A DNA stretch of 64,000 nucleotides from Narcine bancroftii (taxonomy: Eukaryota): assembly GCF_036971445.1 (NCBI RefSeq), contig NC_091476.1:6572001-6636000 (forward strand), read 5' to 3'. The first letter of the stretch is position 1; the number at the start of each line of letters is the position of its first letter. Positions 49,401-59,556 of the stretch are shown piece after piece. The translations under genes were made by a program, and so were the position numbers. Below the pieces are notes generated by a model. That model had not been told where the DNA came from, did not search any database, and saw nothing but the letters and a program-made list of their open reading frames with translations.

Positions 49401-52400
49401 CGGGCAGCAACCTCCTTTGAAGAAGACCGCAGAGCCCACCTCACTGACAAAAGACAAAGGAGGAAAAACCCAACACCCAATCCCAACCAACCAATTTTCC
49501 CTTGCAACCGCTGCAACTGTGTCTCCCTGTCCCGCATTGGACCTGTCAGCCTGCAGCTGACGTGGACATTACCCCTCCATAAATCTTCGTCCGCGAAGCC
49601 AAGCCAAAGAAAAGAAGAAGTAAGCAATTATCGCATGTAATTAAGAAACCTAGCAGTATGTTTCCGTTTATTGCAGGGAATTGAATAAAAAAGTAGGGAA
49701 GAAGTGCCTCCGTTAAATGGGGTACTGGTGAACCTACGAGGTAAAGGAAAGTCCCAAATATTGGACACCCATGGATATAAAACTACATATAAATCTCTTA
49801 TGCACTGGAGCAGAAAATCATTATTATTGAAGGAGAAACTGAAGGATAAGCTGATTTTCACCAGGGATCAGTGATAAAATTGCTGCTTTTCCTGACATGT
49901 ATAAATGACATACAAATGTGTGTTTAGCATAACATTTCAAAGTTGCAAATGACTTAATTTTCAGCTGTGATAAACAGTGAGAAGAACAGTAATTCGCTAA
50001 AAAAAAACCCAAAAAACTGCTGAGACAACGATAAGCCAATCACCAAATGAAATTTTATACTGGAAAGAGTGAAGTGGTATATTTTCACAGAAACAAGACC
50101 GACAGAAAAACAGAAAGGCCTCAGTTATTTGAATATGTGTGTTGGAAAGAGGCAGGACATATGAAGAAGGAGAAAGTAAACCAGACGCGATCCTGAGCTT
50201 CATAAATAGAAGCTATTTATACAAAACCTGGGGTGGTCTTTTTGGAGGATGAAATGGTGTTTGAAGAGTTGAACACAATCATTGAAATAGTTTAAATAGA
50301 GGTAATCTCTTTAACTTGGTGAAAATAAAAATAACTTCAAATGCTGGAAACATGAAAAATAGAAAATGCTGAAACCAGTCAGTGGGTTAGGATTTGACAT
50401 CAATGGAAGAAGAAACAATTGTTTTTGGCCTTAGACACTTGATCAGAACTGGGTAAGAACCATAGAACACTTCAGATCAGAATTATTCTACCTAGTCCCA
50501 TTAACCTGCTCCTGGGCCATAGTCCACCATACCCCTCCCATCTACATATCTGTGTAAATATCTTTTAAATGTTACAATTGTCCCTGGTCCTACCACTTCC
50601 TCTGGCAGATCATTCCAGAAACCCACCATCCTCTGTGTGAATATGGTAACCCTCAGGTCCCTTTTAAATCTTCCCCTCACACTTTAAACATGCCCTCTAT
50701 TTTTAGATTTCCTTCATCTTGGAGAAAAAAGTTGTGATGATTTATGATTATCTACGGCCCGAATAATTTTATAAACTTGAATACTGTCCAACCCTTAACT
50801 TCCAACACTCCAAATGGAGAAAAGTCCCAGCCTCTTCCTTAAAATTCAAACTTGCCCATTCCAGTAATACTCTAATGAATCTTTTCTGCACACTTAAAAA
50901 TACAACTTAAAGTGCTGCAAGATATTTACACAGATACATGGATGGGAGGGGTATGGTGGACTATGGCCTAGGAGCAGGTTAATGGGACTAGGCCAAATAA
51001 TTCTGATCTGAAGTGTTCTATGGTTCTTACCCAGTTCTGATCAATTGTCTAAGGCCAAAAACAATTGTTTCTTCTTCCATTGATGTCAAATCCTAACCCA
51101 CTGACTGGTTTCAGCATTTTCTATTTTTCATGTTTCCAGCATTTGCAGTTATTTTTATTTTTACCAAGGTAAAGAGATTACCTCTATTTAAACTATTTTT
51201 ATAGGAATAAAAATAAGACATATATATAAATCCACCCACTTCCTCCCCCCTCATTTCCCTCAACACCCTCCCTATCATCCTCTCCCTCCCATATTTACCT
51301 TTGACCTCGTGCCTGTGGACCTGTGCTCCTCCCACCACCATTTTGTTCTCCGACATATTGTTCATACCTTGATGAAGGGGTCAGGCCCGAGATGCTGGTT
51401 ATGTATCTTTTTCTTTACTATCTAATGTACACTGTGTGGCCTGCTGAGTTTATCTGGCATTGTGGTTTTAGTGCAATCACAGGTCTGCAGACTTCTGGGT
51501 TTTACTCCATTCACATGTCTTAGGGATGATGTATGAATGCAAGTTATTGCTGCCCATTCTAGGACAATTAATCCCAAGATTAATAATGATATTTGTGGAA
51601 GGAGGGAGAAAGGATTACTCCTTCTGCTTGGGGCTTATATGTCAAGTCGCATTGTCTATTAACCTACTGAACTTAAAGAATTACTGGAGAACTGGACCAA
51701 CTACAGTCACAATACTTACCAATTGGGGAGAACTTCTTCCTATATGTAAACCAAAGCCTTGACTTGACATCTGACAGAAGTTCTGATCTTTCTAGGAGAA
51801 GAAATGTAAACAATTTACAATATGCTCTGAGGATCAAGCAACACATTCTTTGCTCACTAGGTCAATGAAGTGCAGTCCAATTATTTTGAAATAAATCAAA
51901 TGAAGTTACACACAGGTGGACTCCGGAATATATGCAGACTATATTTAAGCGAAAGAGCCCTGAAATCTCAAGAGTTAGAGCAATGAAAGGCAATCTCAAG
52001 GCAACCTACAAATTCTTCTGGAACATGACAGGTTAAATGCAGGGATGAAGTTTCCAGGGTTGGCGCCAGAACAAATGTCAGAGTGAGCATTAACATGTAA
52101 GGGGGCACTTGTTCAGCGATGTAGGAGATGAGGGCAATCATTTTATTGCGTCAAGCGTCACTAGAGACTACTGATGCTTGATGCAGGTTAGTAACGCAGC
52201 TGGGGCGGGTGGAGAGTCGTTAGTGTGCGTCAAGCTAGACATTAGTGATGTAGGAGGGGGCGGGAGGGGTAAGACTGATGGCCAGTGATGGCCACGACTG
52301 TATGGGGGGAGGGGGGGGCGGCACAGTACCTCATTTGGGGGGGTCAATGGCCATGGATGACCCCCTTGGCACCAACCCTGAAGTTTTCCCTTGGCTATGT

Positions 52401-55400
52401 CTTTGGTATTAGTGGTTGCAGTTTCAAATATAAAGATCATATACTTAAGACAAAATATATTTAAGAAAGAGATTGGTGGATTTTTTGATGTTAAGAAAAT
52501 CAGGAGCGATCATGTAAGGGCAGAAAAATGGCAATGAAGAGAAAGGTCATTCTTGTTTTTTTTTGCAGGTGCATAAAAGTCAAACGGCCTCCTCAGATTT
52601 CTATTTCTAATGTTTTTATACACTTATGTTCTTATTGCACAACACAGAATCATTTCAACATGTATTCTTGTTCAACCCACTCATCCACATGCATCTCCAC
52701 ATTGGGCGGCGTGATTAGCGTAGCAGTTAGTGCAACACTACTCCAGCACCAGCGACCCGGATTCGAATCTCACACTGTCTGTAAGGAGTTTGTACATTCT
52801 CCCTGTGTCTATATGGGTTTCCTCTGGGTGCCCCAGTTTTTTCACACACTTCAAAACATACGGGTGCTTTAGTTAATCAAGTGTATTTGTGGGCAGCAGA
52901 GGCTCTGGGCCAGAAGGGCCTGTTACTGTGCTACATGTCTAAATTTAAAAATGTAAATTTATTGTTTCATTAAAACTGCAATTAGCTTGAAATATTAACT
53001 CTGTTTCTCCCTCCACAGATGTTTCCCGACTTGCTGAATATTTCCAGCATTTTCTCTATTTATTTTGGATTTAACAAACTGGATCTAAGCAATTATGCTA
53101 CCGTTTCTTGCGAGGGATTTAATGTACTTATTTCAACCAACTTACCTGTTTTTAAGTGATATTCTCTTCCTAGGATCCATACGGGCTTTTCTGTGTCTGG
53201 AAAGTCCTCAGAAAAGCCAGTTATTTGGTTCTCACACTTTGCCAAAACTGTAGTGGACAGAAAACAAATGGAACCGGTAAAGAGACAAAATTCACTTCTG
53301 ACATGCGTTCAAGTCCACATTGAAGCTTATTATTATCTGACTGTACATATCCAACCATTTCTCCAGACCACAATGCACACACTGTTATGAACTAACACCC
53401 CTTTTAATTATTTTTGGGACCAAAGGGACTTTTTTTTTTAAAAGCACTGACGCAGAAACAGCAATGGAAAATTCACCAAACAATGGTAAATTCAAAATAA
53501 TTGTTTTTTTTTAAATTAAACTATTAATAACATATTAATTACTTACCTCTAAACTTACTTACTCTAAATTTAACCCCACGATGCACAAATGTAAAATGTA
53601 AATGTGTGTGTGTCTAATTCAAAATCCCACTCTGAAGTCAATCTTTAAAAGTTCAGCATCATTGTTGCTCTTGCTTGAAGGTCTTAAATTCTCAGTTCAA
53701 AAATAATTATAAAGCATTTTTAAACATACATCTTCATGCCTCTTTTACTTACAAATGATTTCCACACAATGAATCGAACACAGCGAATGTGGCTATCTTC
53801 TTCCACAATAAAGTCACAAACCAGACAAGGGTTAAATGAAGTGACCAAACATAAAAATAGACCCAGTAGAATTCTGTCCTCTTTTCCAAAGAGTCAGCAA
53901 AGTTGTCTTCCTTAATTCAAAAGCCACAGATTCTGTGTTCCCCTTCTTCTAGGAGTAACACACAACAAACAGCACCAATTCTGGTTACTGTAACTCAACC
54001 ATGTCTTTCACAAAGGTTTCAACCCCTATATGTTACAGGGCTTTGGTTTCTGTGAACTCCAAGCTGAAATGTTCCAAAATTGAACTTAAAATGTCTGAAT
54101 TCAGTAATATATTTCGCCATAATCATGTAACCATTACATCATCACTGAGGTAAGTCCTAATTCTTGGAAACCACATGACCAGCAGGTTTATTTCGACCAA
54201 AATTCTGTTCTTTTTTCAAAACCATTCCATATCTATAACAACCTCTGGCCTCATCTCTGTTCAAGAGGCTTACCTGGTTTTGATTAAAAACAGATGGCTC
54301 CCTCAGCTGTTCTTGAATAATTAAGACCCATTTAAAATCCATTAGCTCTGTATGTCCACGACACATCGACTCCGAGAATGAACACTCTTCTCAGAAAACA
54401 ATGGTTCTCTATAAATGTGTACGACTTTGTACCAACCCACAGCTAACTTAGTAAAAATACAGATACTCTATAATTTATTTTACTAAGACATTTTTATAAA
54501 AGAAATATAGTTTAACATTAAATTAACGATTAACATCAATCTGCTACAATACACAACAGACAATTCAAAACCACTATGACATTCTAACTCAACATATCAG
54601 GAAAATCTGAAAATAACTGACATCCGTAAAGTGTTGTTGATTATGGTTTCACTAATATGCTTCATGAAAGGAAATCTACCATTCCTACTCGGCCAAGCAT
54701 GCCATTTTTTAAGAATGATTTGAAGAATTCTGGCATACTCATACCTTCGACAGCATGAAGAGAAGGTGCCTACTATAGTTTTCTTAAGGAACTAGGGATA
54801 GACAATAATTACCATCCTTGCCAACAACATTAAATTCAGAAATGGGTGTTTTAAATAAACTCTGCTGTAGTGTCAGTTACCTAGAGAGAGATGTCAGTTT
54901 TATCTCAGTGGCAGGATTTAGTGGAGTTTTGAATGAGTGTTCCAAACTGCCAGATGCTGTCTTAAACACTATTTGAGAAAAGATGTGCTGACACTGGAGA
55001 GGGTTCAGAGACTTACCAGAATTACACCAGGAATGAAAGCGTAAGCATATGAGGGACGATTGTCAGATCTTGAACTGTACTCGTTGGAGTACAGAAGGAT
55101 GAGGGGGGACCTCATACCTCATAGAGGCATTTTGAACAGAGTAGATGTGGCAAGGATATTTCCCATGGTAGGGGAGTCTAGGACAAGAGGGCAGCACTTC
55201 AGGACAAAGGGGTGACAATTTAAAACAGTGATGCGGAAATATTGCTTTAGTCAGAGAGTCGTGAGTCTGTGGAATTGTTGCCACAGGCGGCTGTGGAAGC
55301 GAGTGTGTTGGGGGTATTGAAGTCAGAGATTGACAGGTATTTGATTAGTCAGGGCATCAAGGGCGACGGGGGGGGGGGAAAGAAGCCGGGGAGTGGGGCT

Positions 55401-56012
55401 GAGCAGGAGGATGGATCAGCTCATAATTAGAATGGCGGGTCAATCTCAGTGAGCCAGTGGGCCGACTTCTGCTCCTAGATCTTGTGATTTGCTCACTAAT
55501 TCACTGAAGCAAGTCATGTGGTTCAATATTGCATCCCCCTAGCTCGATTTTCTACTTTGATTAGCTATTTCCACTATGGATTTCCTTAATATTCACTTTG
55601 TGAATAGAAAATAAATAGATGCAATGCCATCCCCCCCCCTTCTCTCTCTCTCTCTGCCACGGTGTCAAGAAGCATCTCACTACTCCATGCTGCAACAAAC
55701 CAACTCCTCCTCACAGGTTTAAACTTATTGGCGCCACGGGGACAGCTGCGCTCAATCCTCAAGTCCTGTCAAAAAGGGTCAACCCCAGACACCAAGAACC
55801 AGCCAGAGGAGGCTGTCACTCTTTGGTCTCGAGTCGCCTTGTGAACCCGGAGGGACCAAGCTTTTGGAGACGAGAACTGTCAACAAAGCACGAAAGAAAG
55901 TTGGGCGAGTGTGGGGGAGAGGAGCCAGACAACATCGGGGGGGGGGGGGGGCGTTGACTTTTTCGGCTAAAAACATGTTGGTGACAACAGCCCAGACTTT
56001 ACCTGCCTCCAT
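13400..56012 (-). CDS. ATG4A: ATG4A cysteine protease (peptidase C54), complete 13-exon gene, 393 aa: join(56012-56003,53247-53146,51791-51720,47233-47135,40858-40757,40332-40260,35946-35867,25265-25081,23682-23604,20917-20772,15206-15150,14319-14208,13464-13400)
   Basis: All exons have AG acceptors and GT donors (intron 8 uses GC), phases are consistent and lengths sum to 1182 nt. Translation contains RLWFTYRK, SDTGWGCMLRCGQM (catalytic Cys), GGKPNNAYYFIG, YLDPHTTQ (catalytic Asp/His) and C-terminal EEEFEILNV. Head-to-head arrangement with PSMD10 matches human ATG4A. Confidence 0.96.
14208..14319 (-). CDS. ATG4A: ATG4A exon 12 (EILKTQSFRMFELVEKHPAHWPPFIPATKPEVLTTGA)
   Basis: cag|...|gtgagg, 112 nt; HPxHWPPF...KPEVxTTGA is ATG4A-type. 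Confidence 0.96.
15150..15206 (-). CDS. ATG4A: ATG4A exon 11 (GFFCNTERDFENWCSFVQK)
   Basis: cag|...|gtatga, 57 nt. Confidence 0.95.
15755..16175. promoter_or_regulatory. Putative intronic enhancer in ATG4A intron 10
   Basis: Local GC/CpG enrichment with CACGTG x2, TGACGTCA, AAGATGGCG (YY1) and a DR5 element. Confidence 0.5.
20300..20680 (+). mobile_element. Rex1/Babar-like LINE 3' fragment (similar copy at 43495-43885)
   Basis: C.KKA.SILKDP.HPGHALF.LL.SGR.Y...FFPSAIR.LN. Confidence 0.8.
20772..20917 (-). CDS. ATG4A: ATG4A exon 10, catalytic Asp/His (GDELIYLDPHTTQ...NLDPSVAL)
   Basis: tag|...|gtgagt, 146 nt; visible in ORF 20709..20948. Confidence 0.97.
22165..22895 (-). mobile_element. CR1 LINE 3' fragment
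   Basis: LY..L.RPRLE.CVQFWAPYLRRD...LERVQRRF.KMIPG (ORF 22552..22920). Confidence 0.88.
23604..23682 (-). CDS. ATG4A: ATG4A exon 9 (ECFKMPQSLGVLGGKPNNAYYFIGFL)
   Basis: cag|...|gtaagt, 79 nt. Confidence 0.97.
24237..25108 (-). repeat. 36-bp minisatellite, ~24 units, AATCCAGTTTACATCAACGCGTTAAAG|GCAAGTTT(A/C), spanning the ATG4A exon 8/intron 8 junction
   Basis: Exact 36-nt period: exon-end copies run from 25081 to 24253 (828 = 23 x 36). Translates as (AS[L/F]NPVYINALK)n. Confidence 0.98.
25081..25265 (-). CDS. ATG4A: ATG4A exon 8, shortest form (KKLCKHW...WKPLLLIIPLRMGINHINPVYINALK), ending at a GC donor
   Basis: ttcag|AGAAACTG...TTAAAG|gcaagt, 185 nt, WKPLLLIxPLRxG motif, phase 0 matches exon 9. 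The 3' boundary is ambiguous because the donor is tandemly repeated. Confidence 0.9.
25997..26147. repeat. 64-bp tandem duplication, ~2.4 copies, at the truncated end of the L1
   Basis: ATGGACATCCCAA recurs at 25997, 26061 and 26125. Confidence 0.9.
26148..29762 (-). mobile_element. LINE-1-clade retrotransposon: 5' UTR, ORF1 and 5' part of ORF2 (APE endonuclease to start of RT); frameshifted, 3'-truncated
   Basis: ORF fragments QETHL...GGDFN...YSRID (APE), WDAMKAFIRG, K.PG.DG...YRPISLLNSDYKI...DQSGFI (RT start); ORF1-like KKRKEF...YP..LKI at 28336-28860. Confidence 0.92.
30708..31015. repeat. Compound (CA)/(TA)/(ATAA) microsatellite
   Basis: Low-complexity sequence; source of the spurious CVCV/YIYI ORFs. 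Confidence 0.92.
32625..33465 (-). mobile_element. Rex1/Babar-like LINE 3' fragment nested in the CR1
   Basis: IYKFADDTTVVG...W.NDNNLALNISKTKEMIMDF (ORF 33042..33545); interrupts CR1 sequence. Confidence 0.8.
33890..34292. repeat. Degenerate ~10-11-bp tandem repeat (CTGTTCCCCA-like) inside the CR1
   Basis: Recurrent ctgttcccc(a) cores over ~400 bp. Confidence 0.85.
35867..35946 (-). CDS. ATG4A: ATG4A exon 7 (KKLTLFDDWNALAVYISMDNTVVIEDI)
   Basis: cag|...|gtaagt, 80 nt. Confidence 0.96.
36343..37496 (+). mobile_element. Solo-LTR-like insertion, ~1.15 kb
   Basis: TGTAAC...TAACA ends, interrupts an older SINE-like sequence, diverged homologue at ~53440-54540; no clear TSD. Confidence 0.55.
40260..40332 (-). 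CDS. ATG4A: ATG4A exon 6 (AQMGVGEGKSVGEWYGPNTVAQVL)
   Basis: cag|...|gtaagt, 73 nt, GEWxGPNTVAQVL. Confidence 0.96.
40757..40858 (-). CDS. ATG4A: ATG4A exon 5 (DWRWEKGKWQPEPYYRILQCFLDRKDSCYSIHQM)
   Basis: cag|...|gtgagg, 102 nt, FLDRKDxCYSIHQM. Confidence 0.96.
45268..45804 (+). mobile_element. RTE-clade LINE 3' fragment with 13-bp target-site duplication
   Basis: QLRWMGHVSRMEDHRLPK...G.R.RG.PKKRYKD...C..C...H; TSD ATATGAGGTATTA at 45255-45267 and 45805-45817. Confidence 0.92.
46091..46422. mobile_element. hAT-type MITE (copy 2), inserted in a CR1 remnant
   Basis: Same core as 1809-2167; TSD ctctaaac/gtctaaac. Confidence 0.85.
46829..47029 (-). pseudogene. Degenerate 28S rRNA fragment (domain V region)
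   Basis: Plus strand reads ggatcaaaaa...atgaac..ttggctgcca.aagcca.ttatccc.gtggtaac.tttct..cacctcctg...aagatcaagcgagctttt..cttctgctccac...ccctgagctc, matching the reverse complement of eukaryotic LSU rRNA with CpG decay. Confidence 0.85.
47135..47233 (-). CDS. ATG4A: ATG4A exon 4, catalytic Cys (GGTGPSSDTGWGCMLRCGQMILAQALICKHLGI)
   Basis: cag|...|gtatgc, 99 nt, SDxGWGCMLRCGQM signature. Confidence 0.97.
47400..47960 (-). mobile_element. Rex1/Babar-like LINE 3' fragment with (TA)n
   Basis: Reverse-complement similarity to 61700-62240. Confidence 0.8.
48240..48456. mobile_element. hAT-type MITE, second family
   Basis: TIR CAGCCATTCTCAAC/GTTGAGAATGGCTG; TSD atctaaat/atctaagt. Confidence 0.88.
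48518..49620 (+). mobile_element. RTE-clade LINE, 5'-truncated (RT domain to 3' end), frameshifted
   Basis: LLFADDAAL, FNYLG, QLRWVGHISRM; closely similar to the 45268 copy; (GAA)n tail. Confidence 0.92.
50285..51198. repeat. Inverted duplication: 280-bp arms (50285-50564 and 50919-51198), 354-bp spacer
   Basis: Arms are reverse complements with only scattered substitutions. Confidence 0.93.
51720..51791 (-). CDS. ATG4A: ATG4A exon 3 (ERSELLSDVKSRLWFTYRKKFSPI)
   Basis: tag|...|gtaagt, 72 nt, RLWFTYR motif. Confidence 0.96.
52704..52960 (+). mobile_element. tRNA-derived SINE (V-SINE/HE1-like); partial minus-strand copy at ~30385-30560
   Basis: A/B-box-like head (gcgtagcagttag...gggattcgaat), core ctgtctgtaaggagtttgtac...gggtttcctctgggtg, aaattt tail. 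Confidence 0.75.
53146..53247 (-). CDS. ATG4A: ATG4A exon 2 (VLAKCENQITGFSEDFPDTEKPVWILGREYHLKT)
   Basis: cag|...|gtaagt, 102 nt, FPxTxxxVWILG motif. Confidence 0.95.
53440..54540 (-). mobile_element. Diverged inverted copy of the 36343-37496 element
   Basis: 53450-53620 is the reverse complement of 37310-37490 (cacacatttacattttacatttg...ggggttaaatttagagt...gaatttacca...ggtgaattttcc). Confidence 0.6.
54980..55490 (+). mobile_element. CR1 LINE 3' fragment
   Basis: ctggagagggttcagag...ttggagtacagaaggatgagggggg... CR1 ORF2 C-terminus and 3' UTR. Confidence 0.8.
56003..56012 (-). CDS. ATG4A: ATG4A exon 1 (MEA)
   Basis: AGA ATG GAG GCA G|gtaaag; strong Kozak context, 10-nt coding exon in phase with exon 2. 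Confidence 0.88.
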
Positions 56013-56498
56013 TCTCCGCTCTGTCAGTGTCATCACGGCAGCGAGCGCCCGCGCTTGCGCCGACCGCGCGGCGCCTTCTGGGCCCTGGAGTCGCGCCGCC
56101 CGGGACTCCAGTTCCCAGGGTGCGTCGGGACACGGATGCTGCCGCCTCCGCCCGAAGCTCGGCTCCGTCGCTTGGTAGGCCGAGGGAGCGCTGGTGCTTT
56201 CAGCCGGCCTTTTTTTTCACCGCATCAACGCAACCCGGAGTCTGGGGGAGATTTACGAATGCGCCCACGGCGCGTGTGTTCTTCAACGTGATTGGTCGAT
56301 GGAGTGAATGACAGGGACAATTTGAATGAGAGCGTCGAGACGTCGGTGATTGACAGGCAAGAGGGGGCGTGTCGTGCGAGCTGAAATGGCCGGAAGTGGA
56401 TGGAAAGGCGACCAATCAGAGCCTCGAATAGATTGAGTGACAGACGAGAGGAGGAGGTCCCGCCCCCAGTTGGTTGCTAAGCGAGTGATTCGGCAGCA
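56013..56498. promoter_or_regulatory. CpG-rich bidirectional promoter shared by ATG4A and PSMD10
   Basis: 486 bp between divergent ATGs. CCGGAAGTG (ETS/GABP) 56390-56398, CCAAT boxes 56291-56295 and 56412-56416, GC box ~56459, three TGAnTGACAG motifs. Confidence 0.88.
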
Positions 56499-56612
56499 AT
56501 GGATGGGACCGTGTCTAATGTGGAGATCTGTAACTTGGCTTATTCAGGGGACCTGGAGCAGCTCAAGGCCCTTATTTTGTCAAACAAGGGTCTAGCTACA
56601 AAAACTGATCAA
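56499..56612 (+). CDS. PSMD10: PSMD10 (gankyrin) exon 1 (MDGTVSNVEICNLAYSGDLEQLKALILSNKGLATKTDQ)
   Basis: GCA ATG G Kozak context, CAA|gtaagc donor; matches the gankyrin N-terminus (VSN..CNLAYSG...LATxTDQ). Confidence 0.95.
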
Positions 56613-57141
56613 GTAAGCAAATTACTTTGTCCGGAGTGAAGATTAATCATGAAAGTGCATCGATTGGGCCTAAAAGTTTGGTCTGGACTCCTTTGGGGAT
56701 GGTCCACCATAGTCTCCAGCAAGGTTCAGTGCAGGACGCCCGGACGGTGAGCTACCAGGTGTATTGGCGTGGTTTCAGATGATGGTGTTCATTGATACCC
56801 TATTCAGCAGATATACATTAGATGTCCAGTGCACCTCGAATTTCCCGAGCCTTGGAGGGCCACACCATTGGCAGTTATCCTCAGTGATCAATCCCAGCCA
56901 GCCTACGAGCTTGCAGACACACATCCAGTGGGACACTGCAAATCATGAACTGTTACTAGCAGCGAAAGCCGGATTTGAAGCTTGTCAGATAATGATGTCA
57001 AGAGGAACAGCATCAGTTTAGTCACTTAATGGCTTTGGGTGGGAGCTACCTACACGTGTCCTTTATTGGGGCCATTGAGGCAATGTTTTGGATTTCTTTG
57101 TTCAAGCTCCTAAATATAATAATTGGATCCAGGTTCTAGGT

Positions 57142-57510
57142 CAGTGGTTTTCCACCTTTTTCCTTTCCACTCACATCCCTCTTTTAAGTCATCCCTATGC
57201 CATCGGTGTCTGTGATTAGTAAGGGATGGGTTAAAGTGGGATGTGAGTGGGAAGGTTGGGAATCACTGCCCCAGACCTAATTGTTACTGAAATGTTTTGC
57301 TTGAGAAAAACGGTCATTGGCCCATTTCGTTTGGAGTTATGAAACTGCACATAACAAGTGAATTAGGTACGATTAAAACAGTGGTTCTCAACCTTTTTCT
57401 TGCCACCCACAGACCACCTTAAGCAACCCTTTACTAATCACAGAGCATTGACGGCGTAGGAAATACTTAAAGTGGTCTGTGAGTGGCAAGAAAAAGCTTG
57501 AGAACCACTG
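57142..57510. mobile_element. hAT-type MITE (copy 3)
   Basis: Same TIRs and core as 1809-2167; TSD diverged. Confidence 0.85.
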
Positions 57511-58829
57511 TCTTAGATCAAGCCATATTTTTACCAATGGATTGGAAACAAAGTCATAGCACTAAAGCCTCCGTGCAAAACATGGATCTACCACAAAGTC
57601 AAACAGAGACTCACCCAAGGACTCTTGCGTGTGCACCTTATTGATTTTCTTTGTTCTCTCCGTGTTGTGCAGTCATTTTGTTTACATTCATTATCTGTTT
57701 ATAGTTATTTTATTTGTTGTATGTGTGCAATTTATTTTTTTGCACTACCAATTAGTGGTAATTCTGCCACTCCCGCAGGAAAAAGGAATCTTAGGGTTGT
57801 ATGTGATGTCATGTATGTACTCTGACAATAAATCTGAAATCTTATCATAAATTATCCAGCAATTTTCCAGACTTTGATGTTATTATTTGGAATATCTTTC
57901 ATGTCTGAATAGGTTTTTTAAATGGGAAGAATTGGCAATGCTAGTTTGTAGTGATTTTAATCATAAAAAATGGTTTAGGTTAATGTGGAAAAAGAGCTAC
58001 TTTGGCAAGAGTAAGCTGCTGCCATGAATAAATAGCGGTTCTTTCCCTTGCATATGGGCTGATCCAATTGCCACATAGCTTGGTATTTCAAGTAATTATT
58101 TTAACATAATTATTATTCTTAACTTTGATAAAACTAATAAGCCAATTGATAATTGATTAAGTGATTACACAACCTTTTCTAAAGGGCATGATGGATATCG
58201 AATATCACAGATGTAATTTTCGGTTTTGAATTGGATGTCAATTGTGACCAGTTTGGATGATTCTCAAGAATCATCTTGCATTCTCCACTGATGCCTAGGT
58301 AATAAATTGCTTGCTGAAATGAATGCAAAATGAAAGTACGCGTGCCTTGCATGGGCAATATTCTTTTAGGGGCTCTTAGTATTAGACATCAATTGTACAA
58401 CATTTGTTTGTGGAATATGTTGTTCAAGAAGTCCAAATGGGTGGTAATTAGCCTAAAAATGTCAGAAATATTGCCTAGGCCTGCCTTATGACTCGTATAC
58501 GAGAATAATTATAAAGACCATCTCATGTGCTTTCATGTTCTAACTAAAATTAAAAACAAAACATGCCAAACTACTCAGTAGATCAAACTGAATCTATGGA
58601 GAAAGAAAAACTAATGTTTCAGTTCAATAAATTTGATGTTTCATTTGGATCATATCTAATTAAGTGTTACCATCCTCTCTCCCCAGATTTATTGGCTACC
58701 TTGCAGGCCAAATTGTGTTAAACCTCATTCTAAGTAATATCCTTTTTTATTATTGCAATTTTTAACAGATAGTGCTACTTGTGCAACTTGCCATGAAAAA
58801 TTGTTCAAGGCATCTTTCAATGGCTTCAC

Positions 58830-59131
58830 AAGATGGAGATCCATTGGCCCATTGAGTCTGCCATTTTAATCATGAGCTGATCCATCCACCCACTCAGCCC
58901 CACTCACCAGCTTTCTCCCTGTAACCCTTGATGCCCGAATCAAATCTCTGCCTTAAATATCCACAACATCCTCGCTTCCACAGCCGCCTGTGGCAACAAA
59001 TACCACAGACTTCCGACCCTCTCACTAAAGAATTTTTTCTGCATCTCTCTTTTAAATTGACACCTTTTTATCTGAAATTGTGCCCTCTTGTCCTGGAATT
59101 CCCAACCATGGGAAACATCCTTTCCACATCT
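58830..59131 (-). mobile_element. CR1 LINE 3' fragment
   Basis: Reverse-complement similarity to the 54980 and 22165 copies. Confidence 0.75.
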
Positions 59132-59556
59132 TGAACAATCTTTATTTTTGGAGACAAAATAGATTATGCAATAGCTAATTATTCTGCTTTGAACTCTTTG
59201 GTTGCTTTTTATAATATCTTGCATGTTCAAAGTGTTTGACTTTATACTCTGCATAATAACCCTTGAACCTTTCCTTACTGCATTTATCATTCTAGAGACT
59301 GCTCATATCTTTACTGAAAAAAATTAAGGCAGATTTGACTTACCTTTAATTTTAATGGGAGGGGTGAATTGTATTAAAATGAATATATTTCCTTGAATAC
59401 AATATCTTTTACAATCTATCTAGAGCGAAGACCATATTTTTTTAAAGACTTGTAATGTACCTGCACTTAAACATTTATTGGAAATTTGGTATTAGAGAGA
59501 TCAAATAATTGGAAATAAGGGTAAAATCACTGCTCAGACCCCTATCTATCAGAATA

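Noticed and set aside
55619-56415. Multiple ORFs around the promoter
   Set aside because: Expected from the scarcity of stop codons in a GC-rich island; only the 10-nt ATG4A exon 1 is supported.
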